A stretch of 64,000 nt of DNA from positions 310,001 through 374,000 of the forward strand of contig OW569357.1 of assembly GCA_937625935.1 (NCBI GenBank), written 5' to 3'. The DNA is from Tetramitus jugosus (lineage: Eukaryota; Protista; Heterolobosea). Under the pieces are notes generated by a model that searched no databases, had not been told where the DNA came from, and was given only the letters and a program-made list of their open reading frames with translations. Positions within the stretch are counted from its first letter, which is position 1, and each line of letters starts with the position of its first letter. Shown piece by piece: positions 1 to 10,991 of this stretch. A program made the translations under genes and the position numbers.

Positions 1-802
1 CTTCAAATATCGGATAAGTATCATGTGGATACTTGCACAAGATGGATTCTACAGTGTGAGAAAACTGTTTTGACTCGGGCTGAGAAATTTGATGCTTTGA
101 ATCCGTGATCATACTCATAAGCTTTCGTAGCCACTCCAAGATCTCCTTTTGATCAAACTTCAAGGAACAAGCTCTATTATACATTATAAATCTCAAAATA
201 TCGCAGTAATCAGCAGTAAAGTACGACCTCTTGTTCACATCATCAAACTTGTTAAAAATGTGCTCAAACAGAGCTTCGAGAGCCTTTTTTGTTAACAAGT
301 CTTGACCAGTACTACTAGCATGTTTTCCATCCTTGAGCACATCTCCATTCTTCTCCTCGCTGTCCACACACTCCACCAGGCACTTGATGATTGTGCTCAA
401 TGGCTCAGTGACATACTTTCTCATGTTTTTATTCTTATTCTTCATTTGTTGTTGTACTTCTTCGTCGAGGGCTGGAATCAATGCAGATGCAATACACTTG
501 GACCATGTGGGACGAGCAATGAGATGCAAATTGGACTCACTCTTCAATCTAACAACAAATAAACGAAGTTTTTCCACTGATGCCTAAAACAACATAACAA
601 CATAACGTTGAGCTTTAGTAGTGAGAAAACGCATCGAACGAAAAAAAAAGTGGACAACAATCATCAAGCATACTCTTCTCTCGGTAGCTTTGGAAGATCT
701 GATTGAACCTTCCAAAAATTTGAGTTCCTCTGCCAAAGCAGATGTGGATGAAGAAGCAGATGCGACCTTTGAAGGACTCGGATCGCTGTTGTTGCTGCTC
801 AT
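1..802 (-). CDS. ATM: ATM/Tel1-like PIKK kinase, 5' end only (exon 1 802-674, intron 673-584, exon 2 583 to window edge)
   Basis: The spliced N-terminus reads ...LKFLEGSIRSSKATERR|ASVEKLRLFV, matching the TAN motif of ATM (human DRATERKKEVEKFKRLI). The 90-nt intron is GTATGC...TTTTAG and exon 2 is open to position 1. The kinase domain lies outside the window. Confidence 0.65.
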
Positions 803-959
803 TGTTGTTTTGCGTGTGGTTCTGTTTTTTTTTAATGAGACAAAACCAGTTCACAAAAAACATCTGATGGTTTTTCACTTCCAGAGATGCGTCGAACTTT
901 TCAACTCTGCCGCCACAAAAAAAACAACTCCAGCCAAGAGAGAGAACGTTTTGTGAGAG

Positions 960-2876
960 ATGACACATTTCTCGAGTCAAGAGGAAACACTGAGAGCTCT
1001 GATTGACTACATTGAGCAAGAACAATACGATGATTACCTGAAGCTTTTTCCATCTCATCTTCAATCACCTCTCAAATCAACATTACACAATCAAGTAGAC
1101 ACCACCAATGGTGATGATCCATCAGTTCACCAGTCGAAAAGCTTACCAACATGTATCAACAATCAAGTACTCGATCAAGTGTTTTGTTCATTGACTGATC
1201 TGGAAATGGAAGATTTGAGTCATTCGGTTCTGCATGGTGTGCTCTACGTGTGCAAAGATGGATTGTCTTTTGCTGGTAATCGACGCAGTAGTCTAAGGAG
1301 AGTTTGTTGGTTTCGGAGATGGGATGAAATGGATCAGTTTCGAGTGTCGTACAACTCGGATCAACTCTGTTTGTACATGATTACGAGAAAGAGAGCAAAT
1401 GATGGGGAGAAGGATCAAAAGTATGATAGTGAACATGATGATGATGATGACGATGATAGTGAAGGAGCGATTGTGGATATGAGTGATCACCGACCATCGG
1501 CGTCAATAGAGAGGAACAAGATGCAGTTGGATGCGATTTCCATGCCGAAAGAAGCCAATGAAAGTAGTGGTGGTCTAAGTGAAGAAGCTCTGAATGAAAT
1601 TTTAAATGAGTTGAATGATGAAGAGGATGATGATGGTGATGATAATAATTTGATGCTGGAAGATTTGGAAGGTGATGAGGATTTGGATTTCTCGTTGATG
1701 AATGATGATGATGACGACCTTGATTTTGACTTCGAATTAAGACCCTATTTGTTTACGATACAAGCGACCAACAGTGATTTATTTGTTGGAGATACTTCAA
1801 CAAAGAACCAAGAACTCATCTCATCTTCATCAAACAACTATGATAGCGCGTCTACTGATAAGTTTTCACGAATAGGAAAAGGAACCTATTCATCGAGTCA
1901 ATCAGCAACAATGGACCTCTCTGAATTGAATATTACGAATATCCGTAGCAGCAGATGGAGAAGTCTGTTGTATGTGCTGTCGGAAACCTTTAAAGAATCA
2001 TTGCATAAGAAACGACAGTCATTTGTTGACCAAGTCATTGGTACTCATGCTGCACAAGATTACAATTTTAACTCAATCTATGGTGACGATATGAAGAGAG
2101 CATGTATTTACAACATGAATTTCTTTAAACACATTAAGCTCATGACAGTGGACATTCCTCAATTTAACTTGACGGATGGAACGATAGAGGAATTATCGAT
2201 CGACAACACTGAATACTCTACAGGTGATCAAAGGGTTTCACCAAACAAGGAAGAAGAGCAAGAAGAACGAGTGAACAAAACAACATCCAAGTCTGTAATT
2301 ATTAAGGACTACTTCCAAGAAGATGAAGCAACATACACTGATACAATGATGGATGACGATCTTGTTACGTATGATGGCGATGAGAATCTTGATACAACCA
2401 AGCAACCAACTACTGACCGATTCTCCTTGGCCAGTATCTTTAACAAACGGAGAGACTTGAAATCAATTGAGATACCTCTTCATCCAAACAAGAATGTATT
2501 GCTTGAATACAAGGACTTGATCATGAGCAGAAGTTCATTCATGAAAATGTCGTACAAAATGGTGCCTGCTGTCCTGCGAGTGGAGGAAGACAAGATTACG
2601 AAGCAAGTAACATTGTCGATCTATGAACGGAACTCGAAACGTCTGAAATTGTTGGACTACAACATCTACGACATCAGCAGCATCAAGAAGATTGAAGTCA
2701 TGGGTCCCAACAAGGATTTCCTGTCCATTGAATTAGCCAACAACAGCAACAATGAAGGAGATGATGTGACCAAATGGGAATTCGGGCAAACAAATCATCC
2801 ATCTGGTGATAGCAAGTCCATGGATACGATATCCCATGAGATCTATTCTGTATTCTACGCTAATATTCGAAAATAG
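960..2876 (+). CDS. Uncharacterised 638-aa protein with long acidic tracts; possible PH-like folds at both ends
   Basis: Long uninterrupted ATG-initiated ORF, divergent from the ATM-like gene. The PH-like call rests only on a beta-rich pattern and is weak. Confidence 0.75.
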   Translation: MTHFSSQEETLRALIDYIEQEQYDDYLKLFPSHLQSPLKSTLHNQVDTTNGDDPSVHQSKSLPTCINNQVLDQVFCSLTDLEMEDLSHSVLHGVLYVCKDGLSFAGNRRSSLRRVCWFRRWDEMDQFRVSYNSDQLCLYMITRKRANDGEKDQKYDSEHDDDDDDDSEGAIVDMSDHRPSASIERNKMQLDAISMPKEANESSGGLSEEALNEILNELNDEEDDDGDDNNLMLEDLEGDEDLDFSLMNDDDDDLDFDFELRPYLFTIQATNSDLFVGDTSTKNQELISSSSNNYDSASTDKFSRIGKGTYSSSQSATMDLSELNITNIRSSRWRSLLYVLSETFKESLHKKRQSFVDQVIGTHAAQDYNFNSIYGDDMKRACIYNMNFFKHIKLMTVDIPQFNLTDGTIEELSIDNTEYSTGDQRVSPNKEEEQEERVNKTTSKSVIIKDYFQEDEATYTDTMMDDDLVTYDGDENLDTTKQPTTDRFSLASIFNKRRDLKSIEIPLHPNKNVLLEYKDLIMSRSSFMKMSYKMVPAVLRVEEDKITKQVTLSIYERNSKRLKLLDYNIYDISSIKKIEVMGPNKDFLSIELANNSNNEGDDVTKWEFGQTNHPSGDSKSMDTISHEIYSVFYANIRK

Positions 2877-3082
2877 CCCTTTTGCCAGATACTTTTTGCC
2901 CACCCTCAGATTCTTGTTGGGACCTTTCACAACACACAATTATCGCTCGCACTTTTCCTTTTTTCGCACACTCAAACGCAACAAAACAACTAGGACATTT
3001 ACACGCAATCGCATCTCGACATCTTGTTGTCATCCAACAGCTGTGTAGCACACACCATAACAAACACACCACCGGATAAAAT

Positions 3083-4360
3083 ATGGCCATACACGACAAT
3101 GATGATGGCTTTGAGAATTTTGAACAGAGTCACAACACAACAAGCAACAACAACAACAACAAACACAAGAAGAGTAAAAACATCAAGAAGAATGGAAAGA
3201 AGAAGCAACAATCTCACTTTTACAGTTTAGCTGATGCGGAGCATTACCTCAGCTCTTCACCAACCTCCATCACCACTCTGCCCAGAGACGCAACAACCTC
3301 ACCACCATCATCGCCCTATTACTCTCACAATCCTGATGGTTCTTCTTCGTCCATCATGATGAGCGATCATTCTCATGCTTTTGATGATGAATCACCACAT
3401 CATCATCATCATTATCACCAGCAGCAGCAGCATTTTGATGAAATGAGTCACAATAGCAGCCATAGCTATCAGAGCAGCACAATCAGTCTTATTGATCAGA
3501 TCGAGCATCAAAGGCGAATGAAAGAGCAACAACTCTTGCAAGAAAAGGAGAAGAGAAGCAAGAAACGAGTCAAATTCAATGTGAGAGAAGTATTGATGCG
3601 TGTTCGGAGGAGTTTCATCTTTACCCTTTATTTTTTGACCATTATTCCATTGTGTCTCTTCCTGTTGATTTACGCAATTGTTCACAAGGGAATTATTGAG
3701 AAGCCATGGTACGTTGCGCTGGAAGGTGTCGCTACAGTTCTCCTGTTTTTGGAATTTTTGTTCAACTTGGTGGTTGAAGGGCCCAAAAAAACGGTGAGGA
3801 GTGTATTTGCTTGGTTGCATATTTGTACGCTGATGGCATGCACAGCCATGTTTTCAATCTTGGTGGCTGGACTGTTTTTGAACAAGTCAACTTTGGCGAT
3901 ATGGGATCGTGTGGCCTACATTGAAGATATTTGTGTTGGAATTCAGTGTGGAACAAATGTGGTGCGTATTATTGTTTATCTGTATCAAACGAACAAGCGA
4001 AGACTACTGTTTAGCAAGAAAGTGTTGCTCAATATACCTGGATTAGGATTTTCAAAGTCAGATCATGAACCAGATCAAAGCATGTTTCTTAGCAGCAAGG
4101 ATGACTCTGTTGCCGGTGATGCGGATGATTTAAAGAGCGAAGAGATGGATAATGAAGTTGAGAGTGCAGGATTACTAGCCAATGCATCACCTGTAGGAGG
4201 TAAGGGCCAGATGATACGTAACAAATCAGTGAAGCATTGGGAACATTGTGAAGCACTGTGTCACATGGACCACCAAAACATGTATTACAGCTCGTTCGAA
4301 GAGAAACCAGCAGCCAAACACTGGGCAGACGATGAAACAGATGAAGCCAGTGACGTGTGA
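3083..4360 (+). CDS. Four-TM membrane protein resembling a stand-alone voltage-sensor (S1-S4) domain
   Basis: Four hydrophobic segments. S2-like LEGVATVLLFLEFLFNLVVEG and S3-like RSVFAWLH follow the ion-transport pattern. No pore loop. His/Gln/Ser-rich N-terminus. Confidence 0.6.
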   Translation: MAIHDNDDGFENFEQSHNTTSNNNNNKHKKSKNIKKNGKKKQQSHFYSLADAEHYLSSSPTSITTLPRDATTSPPSSPYYSHNPDGSSSSIMMSDHSHAFDDESPHHHHHYHQQQQHFDEMSHNSSHSYQSSTISLIDQIEHQRRMKEQQLLQEKEKRSKKRVKFNVREVLMRVRRSFIFTLYFLTIIPLCLFLLIYAIVHKGIIEKPWYVALEGVATVLLFLEFLFNLVVEGPKKTVRSVFAWLHICTLMACTAMFSILVAGLFLNKSTLAIWDRVAYIEDICVGIQCGTNVVRIIVYLYQTNKRRLLFSKKVLLNIPGLGFSKSDHEPDQSMFLSSKDDSVAGDADDLKSEEMDNEVESAGLLANASPVGGKGQMIRNKSVKHWEHCEALCHMDHQNMYYSSFEEKPAAKHWADDETDEASDV

Positions 4361-5222
4361 CGAATTAAAAGCGGCGCCGAATCAACCAGTAAATCATCCA
4401 GTGGAACAAAGATATGTTCTTATTCCAAATGTTGCTTCATATACGATCCGTTAACTGTCTTGAATGTTCAGATGAGGTGAACTATTCATTTATCTCTCAT
4501 CGGTCAACTGTTTGTAAGATCAAAGAATCTTCAACGAATATTTACCCAAGATTGTAAAATCTGGCGAGCCTGCATCGTTGAGTTTGTTACTGTTACAGTA
4601 ATTCACTTGTGTGACCTTGGAGGCCGACTTCTGCCCATTTCGGGAACTAACCACACTAGATGGGCAAACGATGCTCTTTTCGACTTGTTTGCCTCCTCTC
4701 GTATTCGTGTCAAATTTCACATTTCAGTAAAACCCCCTCTGCTTTCACTCAACACCAATTTTTTTTACAACGGCCGATAAAATTGCCCGATTGACAGCCG
4801 TCTGTTTGTTGTCTCTGTCAGTGAGCCGTCACCGGATTCTTATCGAACAATCCACCGAACTGTTGGTGTCCACCACACAAACATATTAACAACACCATCA
4901 TACAAAACCCATCATCACCATCATCGTTGTGAAAAAAGCCACACCCTTGAAACCCGTATTTTGCTGTTTTTTTTGTCCATCACACAAGCAGTAGTAGTAG
5001 CAGTAGATTGATCATTTGTTCCTCCCCTTTCACGAAAACTCTCAGACGACAAAAAAAAATCACAACAACACACAACTCAATAACTGAAACGCTCACTCTC
5101 CCAACGGACGAATCCGCATCATCAAACAACAACATCAAAAAAAATAACCAAACAACAACAACAACAACCACACAACAACCACAACCCAACCACAACAACT
5201 ACAACCATCAAATAACATCAAC

Positions 5223-6733
5223 ATGGGAAATTTGTGCGCACCACAGAGAGGCAACCAAGCAGAAAAAATCATCAAGGATGATAGGAAAAAAATGTCAAGA
5301 GAAATCAAAGTTCTTTTACTAGGAGCTGGAGAATCAGGCAAGAGCACCATTTTCAAACAAATGAAAATTATTCATCAAGAGGGTTACTCACAGGAAGAAT
5401 GTGAACAATTCCGTGATATTGTCTACGGTAACACACTAAAGGCTATAAAGGCACTCGTGAGTGCATCATTGAACTTGGACATACCTGTTGAAGAACCAGA
5501 GAACAGAGAACGTGCTGAGATGATCAACAATTTGGACAATGAAGTCCTATTGAACGTACAAAAGGTTTGGGATGAGAAACTGGCTCATGATATTGGTAAG
5601 CTGTGGAAGGATCCTGGTATTCAAAAGGTGTTTGAGTGCAGAAATCAATTCCAATTGGACGACTCTGCACCATACTACTTTAACTCGATTGATCGTATTG
5701 CCCTACCTGATTACATACCAACGGAGCAAGATGTTTTGAGAAGTAGAGTCAAGACTACAGGTATCGTGGAGACTGACTTCAAGTTGAACAATCAAACTGT
5801 CAAGATGATTGATGTCGGAGGGTATGTGTGCTCACAGCTGAGTGTGTTTTTTTTTAAATTGACTTTTTGTTTTTCTTGTTGAGTGTGAGTATGTAGTTTT
5901 GTTGCTGGTTGTCATTGTAGTAGTGTTGTTGGAGGTGTAGAGCGAGTGACTGCGAGTTTCGGTTTCATCATCAAATCAGACGTTCGCATCTCGCCAAAAG
6001 TCACCAAAACAACAACTCTTTGGTTGACAGAGCTTTTGAGGAGGAGGAGTCGCTCCAGTTCTCAACGTCATTTTTTTTTGACGTGAGGCATCAGAGAGGA
6101 GAATTTTTTGTGTCAGGTGAATTTCTCCTTTCGCGGCAGTGCCAAAACTTGAACAAGCAGAGCTCTGTCGCGCAACAACTACAGCGACAACAATGGACTC
6201 ACAACGCACACCAACAAGCTTGTAGCAACCCAAAGAACAATAACTAATTCATCACCGTTTTTTTTACAAAAAACAGACAACGTAACGAAAGAAAGAAGTG
6301 GATTCATTGCTTCGAAGGTGTTACAGCCATCATCTTTGTCAGCAGTCTCAGTGAATATGACCAAAAGTGTTACGAAGATGACACTACTAACCGTATGAAC
6401 GAAAGTTTGCTCTTGTTCGATGAAATCTGTAACAGTCGTTGGTTCGTCGACACATCAGTCGTCCTCTTCTTGAACAAGATGGATCTCTTCAAGGAAAAGA
6501 TTCAAAAGACTGATTTGAATGTTGCTTTCCCAGACTATGACGGTGGATGCAATTTCGAGAGAGCTGCCAACTACATCAAGGAAAAGTATCAAAACACGTG
6601 CAGACACAAGGGTAACAAGACAATCTACGCTCATTTGACCTGTGCTACTGATACTTCTCACTTGAAGAAGGTGTTTGATGCTATACAGGACATTATCCTT
6701 CAAAAGACAATGAAGGATCAAGGCCTCATGTAA
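5223..6733 (+). CDS. Heterotrimeric G protein alpha subunit (exons 5223-5821 and 6277-6733)
   Basis: MGNLC myristoyl/palmitoyl start, GAGESGKST, RSRVKTTG, DVGG|QRNERKKW restored by splicing GTATGT...AACAG, NKMD, TCATDT. Confidence 0.96.
5822..6276 (+). other. 455-nt highly structured spliceosomal intron of G-alpha
   Basis: GT-AG ends are required to join DVGG to QRNE. Several inverted repeats, e.g. GACAGAGCT 6026-6034 / AGCTCTGTC 6161-6169. Confidence 0.9.
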
Positions 6734-7286
6734 AATCATTCAAAACATCACCTCTCCCCATCATCAACTTCCCACTGCGAATGCACATTGCTATCCGAAG
6801 CGATTACTGGCAGCTGGGCAGAGGCAGTTGGGCAACCCCCTCTCTCAATACATCATAGCCATTCAATGTTACCTTGACTGACAAGAGACATATATTAATC
6901 ATAAGAGTGAGCATCATGATCCACTTTGCTCCAAACGACAACAACAAGCACATACAAAAACCTCCAAAGGATCTAATTTATAAATGAACAAGATATTAAA
7001 TATTTAATCTTCTCCTACATGTCCACTTGACAACCCCACACACTCTCCACACAAAGTCATTGATGCGCAAAGGCACCGTTCTTCCTTTTGACTCCCTTCC
7101 AATATTTTTTTTGAGCGGCGGAACTAGCGCAAAGACATCAAATTGGCCGAGGACAGTTTTCAACTTCTTCCTATCTCGTTTTCGACCCAAACAACACAAG
7201 CAAACACCAACACAACTGCTACTCACATCACAACAAATCTTTCATCTCCAACAAGAAACAATCATCATAATAACAATATCCAAAAT

Positions 7287-8876
7287 ATGAAATCCCGATC
7301 TCTCCTCCTCTTCCTTCTTTGTCTGCTTGTTCTCTCGTGTTGTTGTCTATGCAAATCAGACACGACACTCATCTACAACAATAATAAGAATGATGAATAT
7401 GTAGCTACTGTTGTTGAACAAGATGATGATGATGTTTATGGGTCACCCTATAGCAAACTATTTCATAGTGTCAACCGTGTGGTCGATGCGTTCAGACAGC
7501 CCATTGTTCAAAAAGTGTTGACAGATGCGATACCTGGTGGTTCAACTTTCTTCTCAAATTCACTCCTACGATCACATTCGGACACAACAGAGTTTACAAC
7601 CAAATCAACCAAAAAGCAGCGACTCTCTGAGAATAAGCCAGATGATGGTGAAACTGAAAACATGACAAATAATGATAATGATGATGATGATGGTGGAGAT
7701 GTGCCCATTTGGTCATGGAACGATGATTTGCTTCGTGATGCAAGCGATGAGCGTAATGATCAATTTTTGGTTCATTTACGGAACAAGAATAACAAGAATC
7801 GTGGTGAGTTCAACCAACTGGAACAAGAATATGTGCTGCATGGTGGTGATGATCATGTGACAAAAAGGTCAATCATGTCAACCATGAGTACAGATGACGA
7901 TTGGTCACCATGTGCTGTCAATTCCTCATCCATCTATGCTAGCTACATGAACCGAACCTACATCTGTAATGGTCAAGTTGTGACTCAACAAGAATATGAG
8001 AGACAAATCTTGATTGATCCATTGACCAACAATTGTACAATGAATGAGCAGAGACGATATGTTTGCTTTTGTCCGTTGGATCTCTCGGGAGTGGACTGTG
8101 GAGTACGACGACAATTTGAGTGCAAGACTCAACTCGTAGCTCCAGAAAGAAAGTGTCAAAAGCCGTCGGAAGTTGGAGATTCGTATGGTGGTTTAGAGCT
8201 CGATGGTGATTTTCCTTGTTTGTGGTTCACTATGGATGATCAAGTGGATTTCGTGTTCAACATGACATGTAAGTTCACAGAGAAGGCCAATGTGGATACA
8301 AATCAGGCCAATTTACCACGAAATGAGACATACACAGTTTATTTCAAGGACGGAAACACAACCGATATGACATGGAGTCAAATTCAAAGCAATTTCACCT
8401 ATTTTGTGAATCATAATTACACAAGGTGGATCAATGGTACAGAACGGGTGACTGGTACGTTTGCTCTATCAAAACCACTGGAAAAGCCACTTGTATTCAA
8501 AGCTTACAACTTTAATTCCTTGTCTGACGAGAGTGGAGTTCACAAGACATCTCTGAGCCATCCAAATCATTACATCGGATTGAAAACAGTCAAGTTCAAT
8601 GTGAAATTTAATAATCTAACAGAGGACATGTTTGCAGGAGATAGACTGTACTGCGACGTACAAATATTTTCGGTACCAGGCCTAACGATGCCTTGGGAAA
8701 GACTATTTGTGGACTTCACAGACCGAAGCCCTCCCGTTTTTAAGAATGTCAAAGTCATTGTGTTGGCATCAGTGTTGCCACCTGTAGGAACAGCCGTTCT
8801 GATAGTCCTAGCTATCATAATCTTCCTGTACTACAGAAAGCAACACCAAGAGCGAAAGGAAATAAAGAGTTACTAA
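7287..8876 (+). CDS. Type I membrane glycoprotein with an EGF-like domain
   Basis: The real ATG at 7287 gives a signal peptide (MKSRSLLLFLLCLLVLS). EGF-like CFCPLDLSGVDC, many N-x-S/T sites, a C-terminal TM helix and a short basic tail. Confidence 0.85.
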   Translation: MKSRSLLLFLLCLLVLSCCCLCKSDTTLIYNNNKNDEYVATVVEQDDDDVYGSPYSKLFHSVNRVVDAFRQPIVQKVLTDAIPGGSTFFSNSLLRSHSDTTEFTTKSTKKQRLSENKPDDGETENMTNNDNDDDDGGDVPIWSWNDDLLRDASDERNDQFLVHLRNKNNKNRGEFNQLEQEYVLHGGDDHVTKRSIMSTMSTDDDWSPCAVNSSSIYASYMNRTYICNGQVVTQQEYERQILIDPLTNNCTMNEQRRYVCFCPLDLSGVDCGVRRQFECKTQLVAPERKCQKPSEVGDSYGGLELDGDFPCLWFTMDDQVDFVFNMTCKFTEKANVDTNQANLPRNETYTVYFKDGNTTDMTWSQIQSNFTYFVNHNYTRWINGTERVTGTFALSKPLEKPLVFKAYNFNSLSDESGVHKTSLSHPNHYIGLKTVKFNVKFNNLTEDMFAGDRLYCDVQIFSVPGLTMPWERLFVDFTDRSPPVFKNVKVIVLASVLPPVGTAVLIVLAIIIFLYYRKQHQERKEIKSY

Positions 8877-9049
8877 AGATTGTTGATTCATGTTCCCAAG
8901 GACGAACTGTAAGTGTTCCACGGAACTGTCAACCGCAATCAAAACAAAGATGGAGCTTGTTTCTTTTCGGGGTTTCTGTTATTGACTACGTCACCCTAAA
9001 CATGTTTCCTTGGCTACTTTACAATGCGATTCAACGACCACTTTTGTTT

Positions 9050-9061
9050 TTTGGCGCGAAA
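9050..9061. promoter_or_regulatory. Canonical E2F-type site upstream of OSBP
   Basis: TTTGGCGCGAAA is the reverse complement of TTTCGCGCCAAA. Motif match only. Confidence 0.35.
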
Positions 9062-9428
9062 TATTTCGGGGGAAGGTGCCCCCTCAACGTCAACATCATG
9101 AATGGGAAAGCGAGCCTCTTCCATACAGTTTCTGGTTTCATTCGCCAGTGGACCCCTTAATCGATGTTCTGCACACGCAACCCGGAATTCGCCCTCTGAC
9201 GCAGTGAAAAGTGCGACCAAAAAATCTCTTGAGAAAAAGCTTAACGGACCGCAAGCACTTTTGAAAGAAAAAAAGAAAAAAACAGGAAGCAAACACACAC
9301 ACACCCAAAGCAGAACAAAGAAAAAATTTGCTCTCATCTTCCTTCGAGAAAAAACAATCCAACACACTCCTAGAACCAACAACTCAAAAAAACACTTTTT
9401 TTTTTGTGAATCCAAAAGCGACAGCAAC

Positions 9429-10688
9429 ATGTCATCTTCACCATTAACACCTACAAGCAGCAGCATCAAACCTGACCCAAATCTTGTCAGCGATGAGGTG
9501 CTAAAAGAACAAGAACACATCTATGCCAATTTGCACCTGAATGAAGACAATGGCGAAGAAAAATCAAGCCATGGATCCGTTTTGATGCAATTCATCAAGA
9601 GCATGAAACCAGGAATGGATACTACAAGCTTGGCAGCCCCCACATTTGTTCTTAGACCAGTTAGCTTTTTGGAGTTTGAAGCATACTACTCTCAACCCAA
9701 TGATCACTTTTTGAGAATTGCTCATGAAAAGGAACCCATCAAGAGATTCCTCAATGTTGTTCACTGGTTGCTCGCTACTTTTACTTTGACTCCAGCCAAG
9801 GGTTTCGAAGGACTAAAGCCATACAATCCAGTTCTCGGTGAACAATTTCATTGTGAGTGGAGACATGAAGATGGTAGCACTACAGAGTTCCACTCTGAAC
9901 AAGTGTCTCACCATCCACCAGTCGCTGCCGTGTACATTGAAAATTTGAAGAATCATATTGTGTACTCTTCTACTGGAGAGTTCCGCAGTCGCTTCAGAGG
10001 AAACTATGTGGACAGTGGTGTCGAAGGAACTCACATTCTTTCTCTGTTAAATCATCCTGGTGAACAGTATGACATTACGTTCCCTCACTTGTTGGCATGT
10101 GGTATTTTGTGGGGAACTGCTCGGATTGAACACGGAACAGAGTACATTGTCGAGTGTCAAAAGAGTGGTTTGATTTCAAAGATTGATTTTAGCAAGGGAA
10201 AGCATGAATTGAAGGGAACAATCACCAACACCAAGGGTGACAAGTTCTTTGAGGTGAAGGGCAATTTGACTGATTCCATTGAGTTGATATCCTTTGTTGA
10301 TATGGATGGAAACAAGCTCAAGGAGAAGAAGACTGAAGTCTGGATCGATTGTAAGAATGTGAAGAGAGAAAAGTTTTATGTCAAACCCACCTATGAACAG
10401 AAGCCGAATGAGTCTAGACGTAGATGGCACGAGCTGACTTATGCTCTGAAGACTAATCAAATGGAGCTTGTGAACAAGAAGAAGGTTGAGATTGAAGAAT
10501 ATCAACGATACTTGGCAAAGTTGAGGAGAGAGAAGCAATTGTCTGACTATGTGCCAGATTTGTTTGTCTATACTGGTAGGGACGTTCCAAAGATTGGTGT
10601 TCCTGTGTACGAGTACAAGTTTAAGCATGGTGGTTCATCATCTACCGACGTAGATGCAAATGATGGTGCTGAGGATGATTTGGATTAA
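9429..10688 (+). CDS. Oxysterol-binding protein, short ORD-only (Osh4/Kes1-like)
   Basis: KPYNPVLGE and the EQVSHHPP signature. ATG at 9429 (MSSSPLTP); the upstream ORF extension looks like leader sequence. Confidence 0.93.
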   Translation: MSSSPLTPTSSSIKPDPNLVSDEVLKEQEHIYANLHLNEDNGEEKSSHGSVLMQFIKSMKPGMDTTSLAAPTFVLRPVSFLEFEAYYSQPNDHFLRIAHEKEPIKRFLNVVHWLLATFTLTPAKGFEGLKPYNPVLGEQFHCEWRHEDGSTTEFHSEQVSHHPPVAAVYIENLKNHIVYSSTGEFRSRFRGNYVDSGVEGTHILSLLNHPGEQYDITFPHLLACGILWGTARIEHGTEYIVECQKSGLISKIDFSKGKHELKGTITNTKGDKFFEVKGNLTDSIELISFVDMDGNKLKEKKTEVWIDCKNVKREKFYVKPTYEQKPNESRRRWHELTYALKTNQMELVNKKKVEIEEYQRYLAKLRREKQLSDYVPDLFVYTGRDVPKIGVPVYEYKFKHGGSSSTDVDANDGAEDDLD

Positions 10689-10909
10689 ATGATCACCTCT
10701 CGCATGGTGCATTTCGCCCATTATCGACATTTGTACAATCACACGGCTCAAAAGACAAATACGAAACAGGACATCGTTAAAAATCGCTGGTGCCATAAAC
10801 AAATAATTTTATTCACTTCTAATCACCCTCTGTCAAGATATCTTGTGTGAGAATGGAATGAAAACCACCATTACAAACTTTACAACAACGAGGAGAAAAG
10901 TTAAAACTT

Positions 10910-10991
10910 TGCATGCGGTGAGATTTGAACTCACGCATCCGGAGATATCCGAACTTGAGTCGGACGCCTTAGACCACTCGGCCACGCATGC
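10910..10991 (-). tRNA. tRNA-Leu(CAA)
   Basis: Minus strand GCATGCGTGGCCGAGTGGTCTAAGGCG-TCCGA-CT-CAA-GT-TCGGA, long variable arm, GTGAGTTCAAATCTCAC T-arm, CGCATGC-A. 82 nt, no intron. Confidence 0.95.

Noticed and set aside
5822-6276. TPP riboswitch or snoRNA as the explanation for the structured intron
   Set aside because: No CTGAGA / ACCTGAT TPP cores and no clear C/D or H/ACA box layout seen; an Rfam scan is still needed.
9102-9428. N-terminal ORF extensions on OSBP, the EGF protein, BUD32, the DRAM-like gene and AP5Z1
   Set aside because: They translate A/C-rich leader or promoter sequence, mostly from non-ATG starts; the downstream ATGs fit the families.
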